From Octopus sinensis (Eukaryota): 64,000 bases of DNA. The stretch is from the NCBI RefSeq assembly GCF_006345805.1, contig NC_043010.1:28768001-28832000 (forward strand). Reading direction: 5' to 3'. Both the position numbers and the translations under genes were made by a program. The notes under the pieces are model-generated. The model made no database searches. It had not been told where the DNA came from and saw only the letters and a list, made by a program, of their open reading frames with translations. Positions 22,361 to 33,808 of the stretch are shown here, in pieces (within the stretch, counting starts at the first letter, position 1; each line of letters begins with the position of its first letter).

Positions 22361-23296
22361 TAATTTTTTAAATTTTAATTTATCAATATTTTTCTCCGTT
22401 TAACAAAGAAATTATGTTGATCTTTGGTTTTAGGTAATTATATATATATAAATATATATCTGCAGGGTTGATAGTGAAGCCAAAATTGATGTAATAACTT
22501 CAAAAAATTAGGCCGTTTAGCAATTAAAAAGAGAAATATGTAAAAATGACATTTAATAAGTGACTTTTAAGTATTTATATATTCGTTTCGCTTACTCGGA
22601 TATCTACGTCTATTTCTGTATTTGGTTCGCAAATATAAAGACTAAGAAATTATGAAAATTAATTCCAAAAATCTATAATTATTTTTCCGTTTTTAATTTA
22701 AAAAAAAAAATGTCTAGCACACAAGCAAGATTTAGTTATATGAACAGCATGCACATTACAAATATTCAAGTTAAACACTATAGCGTTACCGATACCAGCA
22801 ACTGACAAGAAAGCTGTAGCATTTTGGGCATGGCATCAGGGCCCAAAACCTCAGCACCCACATCCTAGCGGGAAGTGTCAATGGGGAAAGGGGAATGGAT
22901 GGATCGAGAAGACGCGGGCTGGACGTCAATGAATAGACCAGAAGATGCCTGGTGGAATACAGGAATGGATGGCGAGATGATCCTTGACCCTCAACAATAA
23001 GGATGGAAATAAACAAGACAAAATAATTCCCTATTTGTGACATAAAACTCCTTTTTGTCTTTCTCCCTCACTATTTAAGCTATTGGATTTTTTTCAAACA
23101 CAGAAAACTACCGACTTGTTAGGAACAGTAGTACTTATTAAATGTTTTTTTTTTTACTTGTCTCTGAATTGACTGTGACCATGCTGGGGCGCTGCCATGG
23201 AAGGTTTAGTTGAACTTTTAGACCCCAGGAGTTAAACGTGCGCGCACACACACACGGGTACATATAATATTTACAGGAAGTTAATTAAATGGCCAA

Positions 23297-23360
23297 TAGA
23301 ATGACCAATGGTTTCGCATCCATAAAGCACTTAGCCTTATATATCATTCATCAGACTCTA
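23297..23360 (-). ncRNA. Type I hammerhead ribozyme motif
   Basis: Minus strand UAGAGU CUGAUGA [32-nt stem II with AUAAGGC/GCUUUAU helix] GAAA CCAUUGG UC AUUCUA: 6-bp stem I, intact core, stem III ACCA/UGGU, GUC cleavage triplet. Confidence 0.7.
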
Positions 23361-23460
23361 ATGACTGCAAACATATAACCTCTCTTCAAACTGGAGATAG
23401 AAAACCGTTATGGTCAGTTAAGCCTATTTAAAAACAAAATCGCACAATTAAATTAAGGCT

Positions 23461-23690
23461 TAACCCTCTAGCATTTAAACTGGTTGAATCCAGCCAAAAT
23501 AGTATCTATGTTTTATGTTCCAACTGGACAGATGCTGCCTCTGACACCTACACTACAATGTTAGTCTAAAAAAATATATGGTCACATCACTGAAATATCT
23601 AAGCTACAAGATAATCTAGGATAGATTCAAATCAATGTGAATAAATAAGCATTACATTTGACAGAATAATCTGAACGCTAAAGGGTTAAA
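23461..23690. mobile_element. piggyBac-like MITE family 1 (best copy)
   Basis: TTAACCCTCTAGCATT...AACGCTAAAGGGTTAA. Confidence 0.75.
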
Positions 23691-23744
23691 CCCTTATTGT
23701 TGTGATAAAGTGTTTTGTTGCCTGCTGGATGAGTTGGATCAGTA

Positions 23745-23960
23745 ATATCGGTTTCAAATTTTGGCACAAGGCCAGCGATTTTGGAAGAGGGGATAAGTCG
23801 ATTACATCAACCCCGGGGTTCGACTGGTATTTATCAACCTCAAAAGGACGAAGGGCAAAGTTGACCTCAGCAGCATTTAAACTCAGAATGCAAAGAAGGA
23901 TGAAATGCTGCTAAGCATTTTGCTTGGCATGTTAACGATTCTGCCAGCTCACCACCCCTT
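23745..23960 (-). mobile_element. MetaSINE copy (family B)
   Basis: Reverse complement of the family B consensus. Confidence 0.7.
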
Positions 23961-24449
23961 TGGATCAGTAATATTGGTGAAAAGAAGATAGAAGATAACA
24001 ACAGCAATGCATATCTTATTGAATTTAGTATGCTACCTGAATAATCTGGGTTCAAATATTATCAAGATTCCACAGGGATCTGTTTAGTCTTTCATTCCAA
24101 TAAACTCAGTAAAATAAGTATCAGTTATTGTATAAATATGGCCAAACAAAAAATGGTGGTTTCTCCATTGGTATGAACAGTAAGTTCTCAGTGGTTTAAC
24201 CAACTGAATGCTTCTAAAATGATTGTGTAAGTCGCTGAGTATTCCACAGTATAAGTGTATCAATGGGAATGTTTGTTATGGGTGATCTAAACTCATTTCT
24301 CCACTTAGCTATATCTCAATTCTTTTCACATTTTAAGTAACATAAAATATAGAAATAAACTTTTTCTTTAAATCAAAATTGAGAAATATTGGCAATTGAT
24401 CTTTAACCAACCTCTACCTTCTGTAGGACAATGTTACACGAAATAATTT

Positions 24450-24830
24450 TTTCTTTCACTTGTGAGACTGTGGCCATGCTGGAGCACTGCCTTGAAGAAT
24501 TTTTAGTCGAATGAATCTACCCCAGTGCTTTTTTATGCCTGGTACTTATTCTATCAGCCTCTTTTGCCAAACCACTAAGTTATGGGGAAGTAAACACACC
24601 AACATCGGTTGTCTAGTGGTGGTGGGGAATAAACACAGACACAAAGATACACACACACATATATACATAGAACAGGCTTCTTTCAGTTTCCGTCTATCAA
24701 ATATATCACAAAGCTTTGGTTGGCCCAACGCTATAATAGTAGACACTTACTCAAGGAGTTGCACAGTGGGACTGAATCCAGAACCATGTGGTTGGGAAGC
24801 AAGCTTCTTAGCACATAACTATGCCTGCAC
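24450..24830 (-). mobile_element. SINE family A copy
   Basis: Similarity to the 52885-53278 copy. Confidence 0.75.
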
Positions 24831-25194
24831 CTATATTCACACAGCTACTTCTTGCTAATGTTCAATTTGTAATTGAGACCTTACTTGTAAGTGCATGAAA
24901 TTTTATATAAGGACTTAATAAAAAAACCAAGCTGGAAGCTTAGTTTTTCAAGAAAAACAAAATGACAGTAAATTCTACCTTTATAACCATACCATTTAAT
25001 CTTTTATGTTTTTTAGTCATTAGATAGTGGCCATACTGGAACAGTACCTTGAAGGAATTGGGGAAACAAATCAAGTCTTGTATTTATTTTTAAGCCCCAC
25101 ATTAATTGTCAGTCCCTTAAAAGCCATTAAATTGTGGACATGAACAAACCAACACAGGTTGTCAAGCGGTGGTGGGGGCAAACACAAACACACA

Positions 25195-26135
25195 CATCAT
25201 CATTATCATTTAATGTCTGTTTTCCATGCTGGCATGGGTTGGACAGTTTGACTGAAAACTGGTAAGCTGCACAAGGTTCCAATGTGATTTGGTATGGTTT
25301 CTACTGCTAGATGCCCTTCCTAATGCCAACCACTCTGAGAGTGTAGTGAGTGCCTTTCACATGTCGCTGGCATGGGTACCAGTTATAAAGAACTGGCACC
25401 AGCCACGATTACGATCTCACTAGGCTTGGCAGGTCTTCTCAAGCACAGTATATTGCCAAAGGTCTTGGTCACTTGTCACTGCCTCCATGAGGCCCAAAGT
25501 TCAAAGGGTGTTGGTTATGCACCACTGGCATTGGCCATGATTATCATCAACATTTAACATGTTTTCATGCTGGCATAGGCTAGATGGCTTGACAGGAACT
25601 GGCAAGGCCAGGTGCCACACCAGGTTCTGTTTAAGCTTCATTTCTATAGCTGAATGCTCTTCCTAATGCTAACCAGTCTACACAGTGTACCAGGTGCTTT
25701 TTACATTGCACCAGTACCCACACCAATGTTTTTTATGTGGCACCTTGGTTTTAGGATCTCAATTCTGTTGTGGTGGATGGGTCTTCTCGTGTACAGCAAT
25801 GCACTACATATCTTGGTCTTCTGTCATCTTTTTTGTAAGATTCAGCATTTTAAGATCAACCTTCAATACTCCATCCCATGTCTTTCTGGGTCTCCCTCTT
25901 TCACAACTTCCCTCCACTTTAACTGATCAGCACTTCTTTATGCAACTGACCTCATCCATCCACATCACACGACCAGACCAGTAGTCTCCTTTCTAGCACA
26001 CTGCATATAATTCCTCTTATGCCCAAATTCTCTCTCAATACACTAATGCTCCGTTGCACATGTACACTGACATCACATATTCAGAGAGCATAGCAACTTC
26101 ATTCCTCTCATACATAGAAACTAGAATCCAGAGGG
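25195..26135 (-). mobile_element. 5'-truncated RTE-like LINE with 3' UTR and (GAT)n tail
   Basis: Minus strand W.GRVMWMDE.SCIKKC..V.VEG..ERGRPRKTW..VLKVDL..L.LT; 3' UTR contains GGTTGGCATTAGGAAGGGCATC and ends in GATGATG. 3'-UTR-only copies at ~39190-39330, ~43630-43800 and ~50690-50830. Confidence 0.7.
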
Positions 26136-26171
26136 AACTAATGATATATACAACTATGATGAACAACTCTC

Positions 26172-26958
26172 TCTCTTTTACTCTTTTACTTCTTTCAGTC
26201 ATTTGACTGTGGCCATGCTGGAGCACTGCCTTTAGTCGAGCAAATCAACCCAGGACTTATTCTTTGTAAGCCTAATACTTAGTCTATTGGTCTTTTTTTG
26301 CCGAACAGCTAAGTTACGGGACGTAAACACACCAGCATCGGTTGTCAAGTGATGTTGGGGGTACAAACACAGACACACAAACATACATAGACACACACAC
26401 ATACATATATATATATATACATATATACGACAGGCTTCTTTCAGTTTCCGTCTACCAAATCCACTCACAAGGCTTTAGTAGAAGACACTTGCCCGAGGTG
26501 CCACGTAGTGGGACTGAACCTGGAACCATGTGGTTACTAAGCAAGCTACATACCACACAGCCACTCCTACGCCTCTTTTACTCTTTTACTTGTTTCAGTC
26601 ATTTGACTGCGGCCATGCTGGAGCACCGCCTTTAATCAAGCAACTTGACCCCGGGACTTATTCCTTTGTAAGCCCAGTACTTATTCTATTGGTCTCTTTT
26701 GCCGAACCGCTAAGTAACGGGGACATAAACACACCAGCATCGGTTGTCAAGCAATGCTAGGGGGACAAACACAGACACACAAACACACACATGCATATAT
26801 ACGACGGGCTTCTTTCAGTTTCCGTCTACCAAATCCACTCACAAGGCTTTGGTTGGCCTGAGGCTATAGTAGAAGACACTTGCCCAAGGTGCCACGCAGT
26901 GGGAATGAACTTGGAACCATGTGGTTGGTAAGCATACTACTTACCACACAGCCACTCC
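26172..26958 (-). mobile_element. Head-to-tail tandem pair of SINE family A copies
   Basis: Two ~390-nt units (~26172-26570, ~26573-26958), each with tRNA head, CORE-like block, microsatellite and AAATGACTGAAACAAGTAAAAGAG tail. Confidence 0.9.
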
Positions 26959-27361
26959 AGTTATAAAATAAATTTCTGAAGGAGAGTTTGAAAATTTCAG
27001 GCTGAATTTTTTTTTTCTTCATGAAAGGTGAGTTTGTTTGCCTTGATAAGAAAGGGAATCTAGTATTTTGTGGCCCTTCATAGTCCATGAATTTCGGGAA
27101 CAATATTACTGAAAATCTCAGTATTCTATTGGAAATTTCTCTCAGTTCTAATATCTCTAACAATTATCTGGATAAAAATTTCATGTACCTTTTATAATTT
27201 CTATGGTGGGCTTCACTATTAATTAGTTTAGTTAAACTATAGGCAAGGTCTCAATTACAAAATGAATGTTAGCGACAGAAATTACCAATAAATGGTTCAT
27301 GTAATAATGACCCACAGAAGATAGAGGTTTTTTAATGATCAAATGCAAATATTTCTGATTT

Positions 27362-27745
27362 CTCTCTTTTACTTGTTTCACTCATTTGACTGTGGCCATG
27401 CTGGAGCACTGCCTTTAGTCAAGCAAATCGACCCCAGGACTTATCCTTGTAAGCCTAGTACGTATTCTATTGGTCTCTTTTGCTGAACTGCTAAGTTATG
27501 GGGACGTAAACATACCAGCATCGGTTGTCAAGCGATGTTGGGGGGGGGGACAAACACAGACACATAAACATACACACACATGATGGGCTTCTTTCAGTTT
27601 CCATCTACCAAATCCACTCACAAGGCTTTGATTGACCCGAGGCTATAGTTGAAGACACTTGCTCAAGGTGCCAATGCAGTGGGACTGAACCAAGAACCAT
27701 GTGGTTGGTAAGCAAGCTACTTACCACACAGCCACTCCTTTGCCT
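27362..27745 (-). mobile_element. SINE family A copy
   Basis: Near identical in layout to 26573-26958. Confidence 0.88.
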
Positions 27746-29514
27746 ATTAAAAAAACCCCCCAAAAAACAAGAAGCTAACCACACTTAATAACTGAATGAA
27801 ACAATTATGGTCATAATGAACCTTCAGTCTTCTGGTTTGATATATATACATGTGTGTATGACATAATATCTAATCACACTCAGAATAAATTAGGCACTGC
27901 TAAAGTCTTGGTCTTTATAAATTTATAGATTTAGTTACTTTTCTCTTTGCTGAATTTAGTCTTGTGGTCTGTGACTATGCTGGAGCACTATTCTGAAAGG
28001 CTTTAGTTGAATACTTGACTACATACATTACTTGGGTATGTATTTCAGCAATCCCACAAAGTCTGAAATGCAAGAATGTGGAAATAAGGGGAGATAACTC
28101 AATCGAGCATAACTGGTTTAAATGTACCAGATCACCTCCACACTGAATATATATATACATATATATAAATAGCTAATTTTAAAATCTCTGAATGAAATCT
28201 AAGTAGTAACGATATTGTAGAGTAAAGTTTATTTGCCAATGTAAAGTGGCCATCCTACGTAGAACTGTTACTACCTTTTAACCTCAGGAAAACACCTTTT
28301 CCAGCTGGCTATCAACACATTATCTGTGTCTGAAATATACTGTGAGCAGTATATATATATGTGTATACACAATAGACTTGCTTGCTATCTTTGTCTTCAA
28401 AGTTCCATTCACAATGTTGCTATCAAAGGTACTTGCCCAAAATGCTATGCAGTATTATAAAAGCAAAGACTGTTGTTGCACAGGTAACTTCTTCACCAAC
28501 CTTGCCTGTACCTGTAATATTATTATACCAGCAGTACCTGCGGAAATTCCAGTTATTTTGAAAATTCTATGATGAAATTGTATAGTTTTCTGAAACTGTT
28601 GATTCTTGAGATGTAAAAATTCACAGACAGAGTTTTGAAGGGACAATCAATCAATTTAACTAATCTTTCTGTTTATCAATCTATCCATCCTTCTATTTAT
28701 CTATCATATTCTTACATTTCTGTCGACTGTGTATTTGTCTACAATAAAACTATGAACAAACATCTAAAACAAATAACTAAAAAAGCCTAAATAATTACTG
28801 CCCCAGGCTTTGGGCTGCTACACATAAAAAGGTAAAAGTAAAATCTGCAGCTATTTGCTACGGTTACTTCACTTTGATATAACTGTGTTGATATATCTAG
28901 CCATCAGTCTTTTTATCTTCTATCTGTCCACTGAGATACATCGATGGATTGAAGATTTAGAAACAGTTGAACATTAAAACCTTTAATAACTTAAGTTAAT
29001 TTTTATTGTCTGTCACAATATTTTATTACGTTTAAAATCACGTAACTGTTCTCCAATTCTGCATTTCTTTGTCAACACTTACTCATTCACTCCCACTTTT
29101 CCTCAAACTTCAGCTATAACCAAATACCCTTGCACATAACATATTTATCTCTCTCTCTCTCTTTACCTCTTCCTTGAACCAACCATACAATATAACATCA
29201 ATACCTTTCTCTAACCTCTCAACACTGACGCTCTCTCTTTTTGTTTCTCTCTTGAACCACTTGACATCTTAGCATAATAACTATTACCTCCCCCACTATC
29301 TCATGTGAACACTTCTCTCTTTCGCTTCACCACTCCCGTCAGCTAACCACATGACAATATCATGCATTGCAATTAGTGACCAATAGCAACAAGACCACAA
29401 GCTTCCTATGAGCCTAACACATATTCAATATTGGCAAGGGTGCTGAAGCTTTTCAATGGAAATCCACTCAATAAAACTGAAAGTAAATGTAAGTCAACTT
29501 CATCAAAATTGTGA

Positions 29515-29735
29515 GAAATCTTTTTTCTCCTCTAGGCATAACGCCTGAAATTTTGGAGGAGAGGGGCAGTCGATTAGATCAACCCCAGTGTGCAACTGGT
29601 ACTTAATTTATTGACCCCGAAAGGATGAAAAGCAAAGTCGACCTTGGCGGAATTTGAACTCAGAATGTAAAGATAGACAAAATACCACTAAGCATTTCGC
29701 CCGGCATGCTAATGTTTCTGCCAGCTTGCTGCCTT
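29515..29735 (-). mobile_element. MetaSINE copy (family B)
   Basis: GACCCCGAAAGGATGAAAAGCAAAGTCGACCTTGGCGGAATTTGAACTC. Confidence 0.8.
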
Positions 29736-32626
29736 CAAAATTGTGAGAAATCTGCCAGATATACTTGGTTTTCTTTAAAAGCTTAACTCCCAAATTATAT
29801 TTAAAAAAAAAATGATAAAAGAAGTTTACTTTCAAAACGTGTGAACTCAGCTTCAGTTACAGAGTGCAATGCCTTAGGCAGATCTTCTAGCCTTGGGTCA
29901 ACAAAAGGCTTGTGAAAGGATTGGGGAGACGGAAACTGAAAGATGCCTGTTGTGTGTGTATATATATATCATCATCATCATTTAACATCTGCCTTCCATG
30001 CTGGCATGGTTAAGACACATATGTGTATATGTTTATGTATACCCTCGTCTTGACTTCATGTGATGGCTAGAAATGAGCATCATCAATATTGTTGTTCCAT
30101 TCCACTCTTCCATGAAAAATGTCAGGCTGTAGAAAATCTGCCTCATAAAAGTTCCTTGTGACCCACACAAGCATGGAAAAGAGGACATTAAATGATGATG
30201 ATATATATTATCCACTGCTAAAGATAAAATGAATTAGCTTTCATGGAATTGTCCATTTAATCTGAATGTCACAATTACCACAGAAGGTATATTTTTAAAA
30301 TTCAAATACAGTAGTTTTTTTCCTGTTTTCATGCTGATGTGCATGTCTTTTAATGGGCACACATTTGTGAGATACATACACACACAAAGGTATGTGGCTT
30401 GGTGGTTAGGGTATTCAACTCACGATTGTAAGGTCATCAGTTCAATTGCTGACAGTGTGTTGTGTCCTTGAGCAAAACACTTTATTTCCTGTTGCTCCAG
30501 TCTACTCAGCTAGCAAAAAGTTGTACCAGTTGTTCAAAGGGCAAGCCTTGCCATATTCTGTGTCACACTGAATCTCCTTGAGAATTACATTAAGTTGTAC
30601 ACGTATCATAATTGATGGAGTGCCAGCTTTTCTTCATACACACTCATACATATGCCCAAGGTGTCATCTAGTAAGATCAAACTCAGAATAATGTAAACAC
30701 CTTAATCACAGTCACATTTGCTTTAACAATTCACATCTGTTGAATTGTATTGCCGAGTTTCACAAATATTTTAATTTCTTTTTCTTTTATGCAAATTGAA
30801 TTATTTATTGTTTTATTTGTTTGTCATTCGACTGCGGCCATGCTGGAGCAACCCCAGGATTTACTGTAAGCCTAGTAATTATTCAACCAGATCGACCCCA
30901 AAACTTATTATCTTTAAAATCTGGTACTTATTCTTCTGGTGTCTTTTCTTGAACTGCTGGTATGTGGCTATAACAAACCAACACCAGTTGTTAAGCAGTG
31001 GTAGTGGGGGACAAGATCAAATACACATATGATGAGCTTCCACACAGTTTCCATCAACCATATCCTCTCACGAGGTATTGCTCAGTCCAGGGTTAGAGTA
31101 GAAGGCACTATTGCAACCACATGGTTGCAATATGAGTTTCTTAAACACATCTATACTCATGACTTATACTAACAAAATTTTCTAATAAAAGCACAATAAG
31201 CTCCCATTGCAAATGGATGTCTATAGTTAAGTTGACCCAAACAGATCACTGGTACTTAATTTAATCAACTCAGATAAAATGAAAAGCAAAGTCAACTCTA
31301 GCAAGATTTGAACTCAGAATGTTGATTTGTAAATTCGGCAATTATTTTGTTTGTCACTCTTCCAATTCTATCAATTTAATATCATAGTTGTATCATTTCT
31401 GGCTTAAGTACAAGACCAAATTTAAGACAAGGAGTCAGTTGATTACACTAGCCCCCAGTACTTAACTATATTAACCTCCAAAGAATGAATGAGAAAACTG
31501 ACCCCGGAAAGCTGTGTGGGAAGTCATTTGCTTCCCACATTCAGTCCTACTTTGTGGTACCTTGAGTATGTGTCTTCTACTATAGCTCCAGGCTGACCAA
31601 ACCCTTGTGATTGGATTTGGAAGACTGAAAGAAGCCCATTGTATGTGTGTTCCCCCAACCACTACCTGACAACCAGTGTTGATTTGTTTATATCCCATAT
31701 AACTGAACAGTTCAGCAAAAGAGACAGATAGAATAAGTATGAGGCTTACAAAAATAAGTACTGGGGTCAATTTTCTCAACTAAACCCTGTTGCTGCAGTC
31801 CACTGACTGAAACAAGTAAAAGAAAAAGCTGGAACAAAAATCACAAAGCATTTTGTCAGATGCTCTAACGATTTTGCCAAAATTATGATAATTATTTTTA
31901 ATTTAGGATTAACTTTTGGAAAGGAGTTTTGTTGGTTATGTTGATCACAGTATTTGACTGATACATTATTTTATCAATCCCAAAGGGATGAAAGGCAAAA
32001 CTCACCTTGACTGGATTTGAACTCAAATAATAACAAGCACAATAAAAAGAGACATTATTAGAATAAAAAAAGAACAAGTCATTCAAAATATCAGTTTTTG
32101 TTTATGTTTTCTTTTAGTTTTTTTTTTGTTATTGTTTAACCTTCTCCACCAACTCCTCTTCCTTCTCCTTCAAAGTTACCTTGTATGTGTGTGTGTGTGT
32201 GTGTATGTGCATTGGTTTCTTTTCTTTGGTTTGTTCTGGCGGCATAGAACATTCAGTGTGTAATATTGTCCTTGATACAGAGGATGGGGTGGAGAAAAGT
32301 GAAACTGAAAGGGAAAAAAGAGATTAAGTAAAAGTTAATGAGAGAAAGGATTAGAGGTGGGAGAAGGTGGAGATATAGTTGAACAATCACCATCGCCATC
32401 ACCATCACTATCATCATCACTGTAGAACAAGAGGAGGAGGAAATCATGGAAAAAAATATAAAACAAAAAATAAACAATAAAAAAAGTCAACTAAATTTGA
32501 CCAGTGGACAGCAATGGCCCAAATGGCTGAAATGTTCATTGCTTTTTTGTTGATTCCCCCTCCACCTCCAATTAAGCTGACCAGCTACAACCAATTCCCC
32601 AGGATACATTTCTGTTCTCGACAGGG

Positions 32627-33808
32627 TCATATATTCATATAATGAGGCACATCTGCATCTTGTTGAGGCTGCACCTCGTGTGACGTGGTCTGCTGCGACA
32701 CACTGATTGTGCCGCCGGCATTAGAGGACACTTGTTGTCCACTGTCATTGGCAGGGACAGTAGTGGCTACAGTGGTTGCTGATGTTGCATGCTGCTGCCG
32801 TGGCACACAGCTTAGTTTACCACCGTTTTTGTTGTTCCTCTGATGCCGTTCCAGATGGTCTTTGCGAGCGAAAGCATAGCCGCACAGCCCACACCTGAAT
32901 GGTCGTTCACCTGTGTGGATGCGATGATGCACCTTCAAGTGTGACTTCTGACTAAATGACTTGTTGCAGACTTCGCAGTTGAACAGCTTCTCCCTTGTGT
33001 GCGCCCTCTTGTGGCGAGTTAGGTAGCTGTTCTCAGCGAAGGCCTTGCCACATAGTTCGCACCGGTATGGCAAAAGTGCAGCATGAATGCGCTCATGTAG
33101 TCCTGCATCAGTTCGCTCAGTGAAAGCCTTCCAGCAGGCTCGGCAGTTGAAAGGGTTGTCATTATTGTTGTATGAAGAGCTGAACCCCGGGTTTCCACCT
33201 CCGCTACTTCCACCACCTCCTCCACCATCACCACCGCTACCACCACCACCACCTCTTCCCCCACTGCTGTTCCCTCCACTTCCACTACTGCTCCCATATC
33301 CAGAATTAAAATTTGGGTTGTTCTGTGGTAGGAGTGACTCCTCATGAGTGCGAAAATGTCGCGTGAGGTCACCATTTCGAGAAAAAGCTGCACCGCAGAC
33401 GTTGCACTTGAAAGGCTTATCATTTGCATAGATTTGCGAATGTGTGTGCATGTATGTTTCACTCTGGTTGTCATGGTGCTGTGTGCTGATGGTTGGGGCA
33501 ATGCCATGAGTCTTCATATGACGTGTCAAGTTGCCATTTTGGCTAAAGGCTGATCCACACAAATGGCATTTGAATGGTTTCACACCTGTGTGGATTACCT
33601 TATGCTGCTTCAGGTGGGATTTCTGTGAAAAACTCTTGCCACAAGTGTCACAGCGGAAGGGTTTGTCAACCCGATGGGACAGCCTGTGCCGCTCCAAGTT
33701 ATCGTAGCGGGTGAAACCCTTGCCACAGATGTCACAGCTGTGTGACCGCTCCATATTGTGGATGGCCTCAGAAAGTTCAAAGTTCGATGTGTTGATCATG
33801 TGATTCAT
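32627..33808 (-). CDS. C2H2 zinc-finger protein, 393 aa, 8 fingers (3+1+4) with Gly/Ser-rich linker and Gln/Thr-rich C-terminus
   Basis: Uninterrupted ORF; C-x2-C-x12-H-x3-H repeats with TGVKPF/TGERPF linkers; start codon not confirmed because an upstream exon is possible. Confidence 0.93.
   Translation of the reverse strand: MNHMINTSNFELSEAIHNMERSHSCDICGKGFTRYDNLERHRLSHRVDKPFRCDTCGKSFSQKSHLKQHKVIHTGVKPFKCHLCGSAFSQNGNLTRHMKTHGIAPTISTQHHDNQSETYMHTHSQIYANDKPFKCNVCGAAFSRNGDLTRHFRTHEESLLPQNNPNFNSGYGSSSGSGGNSSGGRGGGGGSGGDGGGGGGSSGGGNPGFSSSYNNNDNPFNCRACWKAFTERTDAGLHERIHAALLPYRCELCGKAFAENSYLTRHKRAHTREKLFNCEVCNKSFSQKSHLKVHHRIHTGERPFRCGLCGYAFARKDHLERHQRNNKNGGKLSCVPRQQHATSATTVATTVPANDSGQQVSSNAGGTISVSQQTTSHEVQPQQDADVPHYMNI

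Noticed and set aside
22881-23000. Reflectin-like peptide (Met/Trp/Asp-rich small ORF)
   Set aside because: No Tyr and no repeated MD(X)5MD motif; the resemblance is superficial
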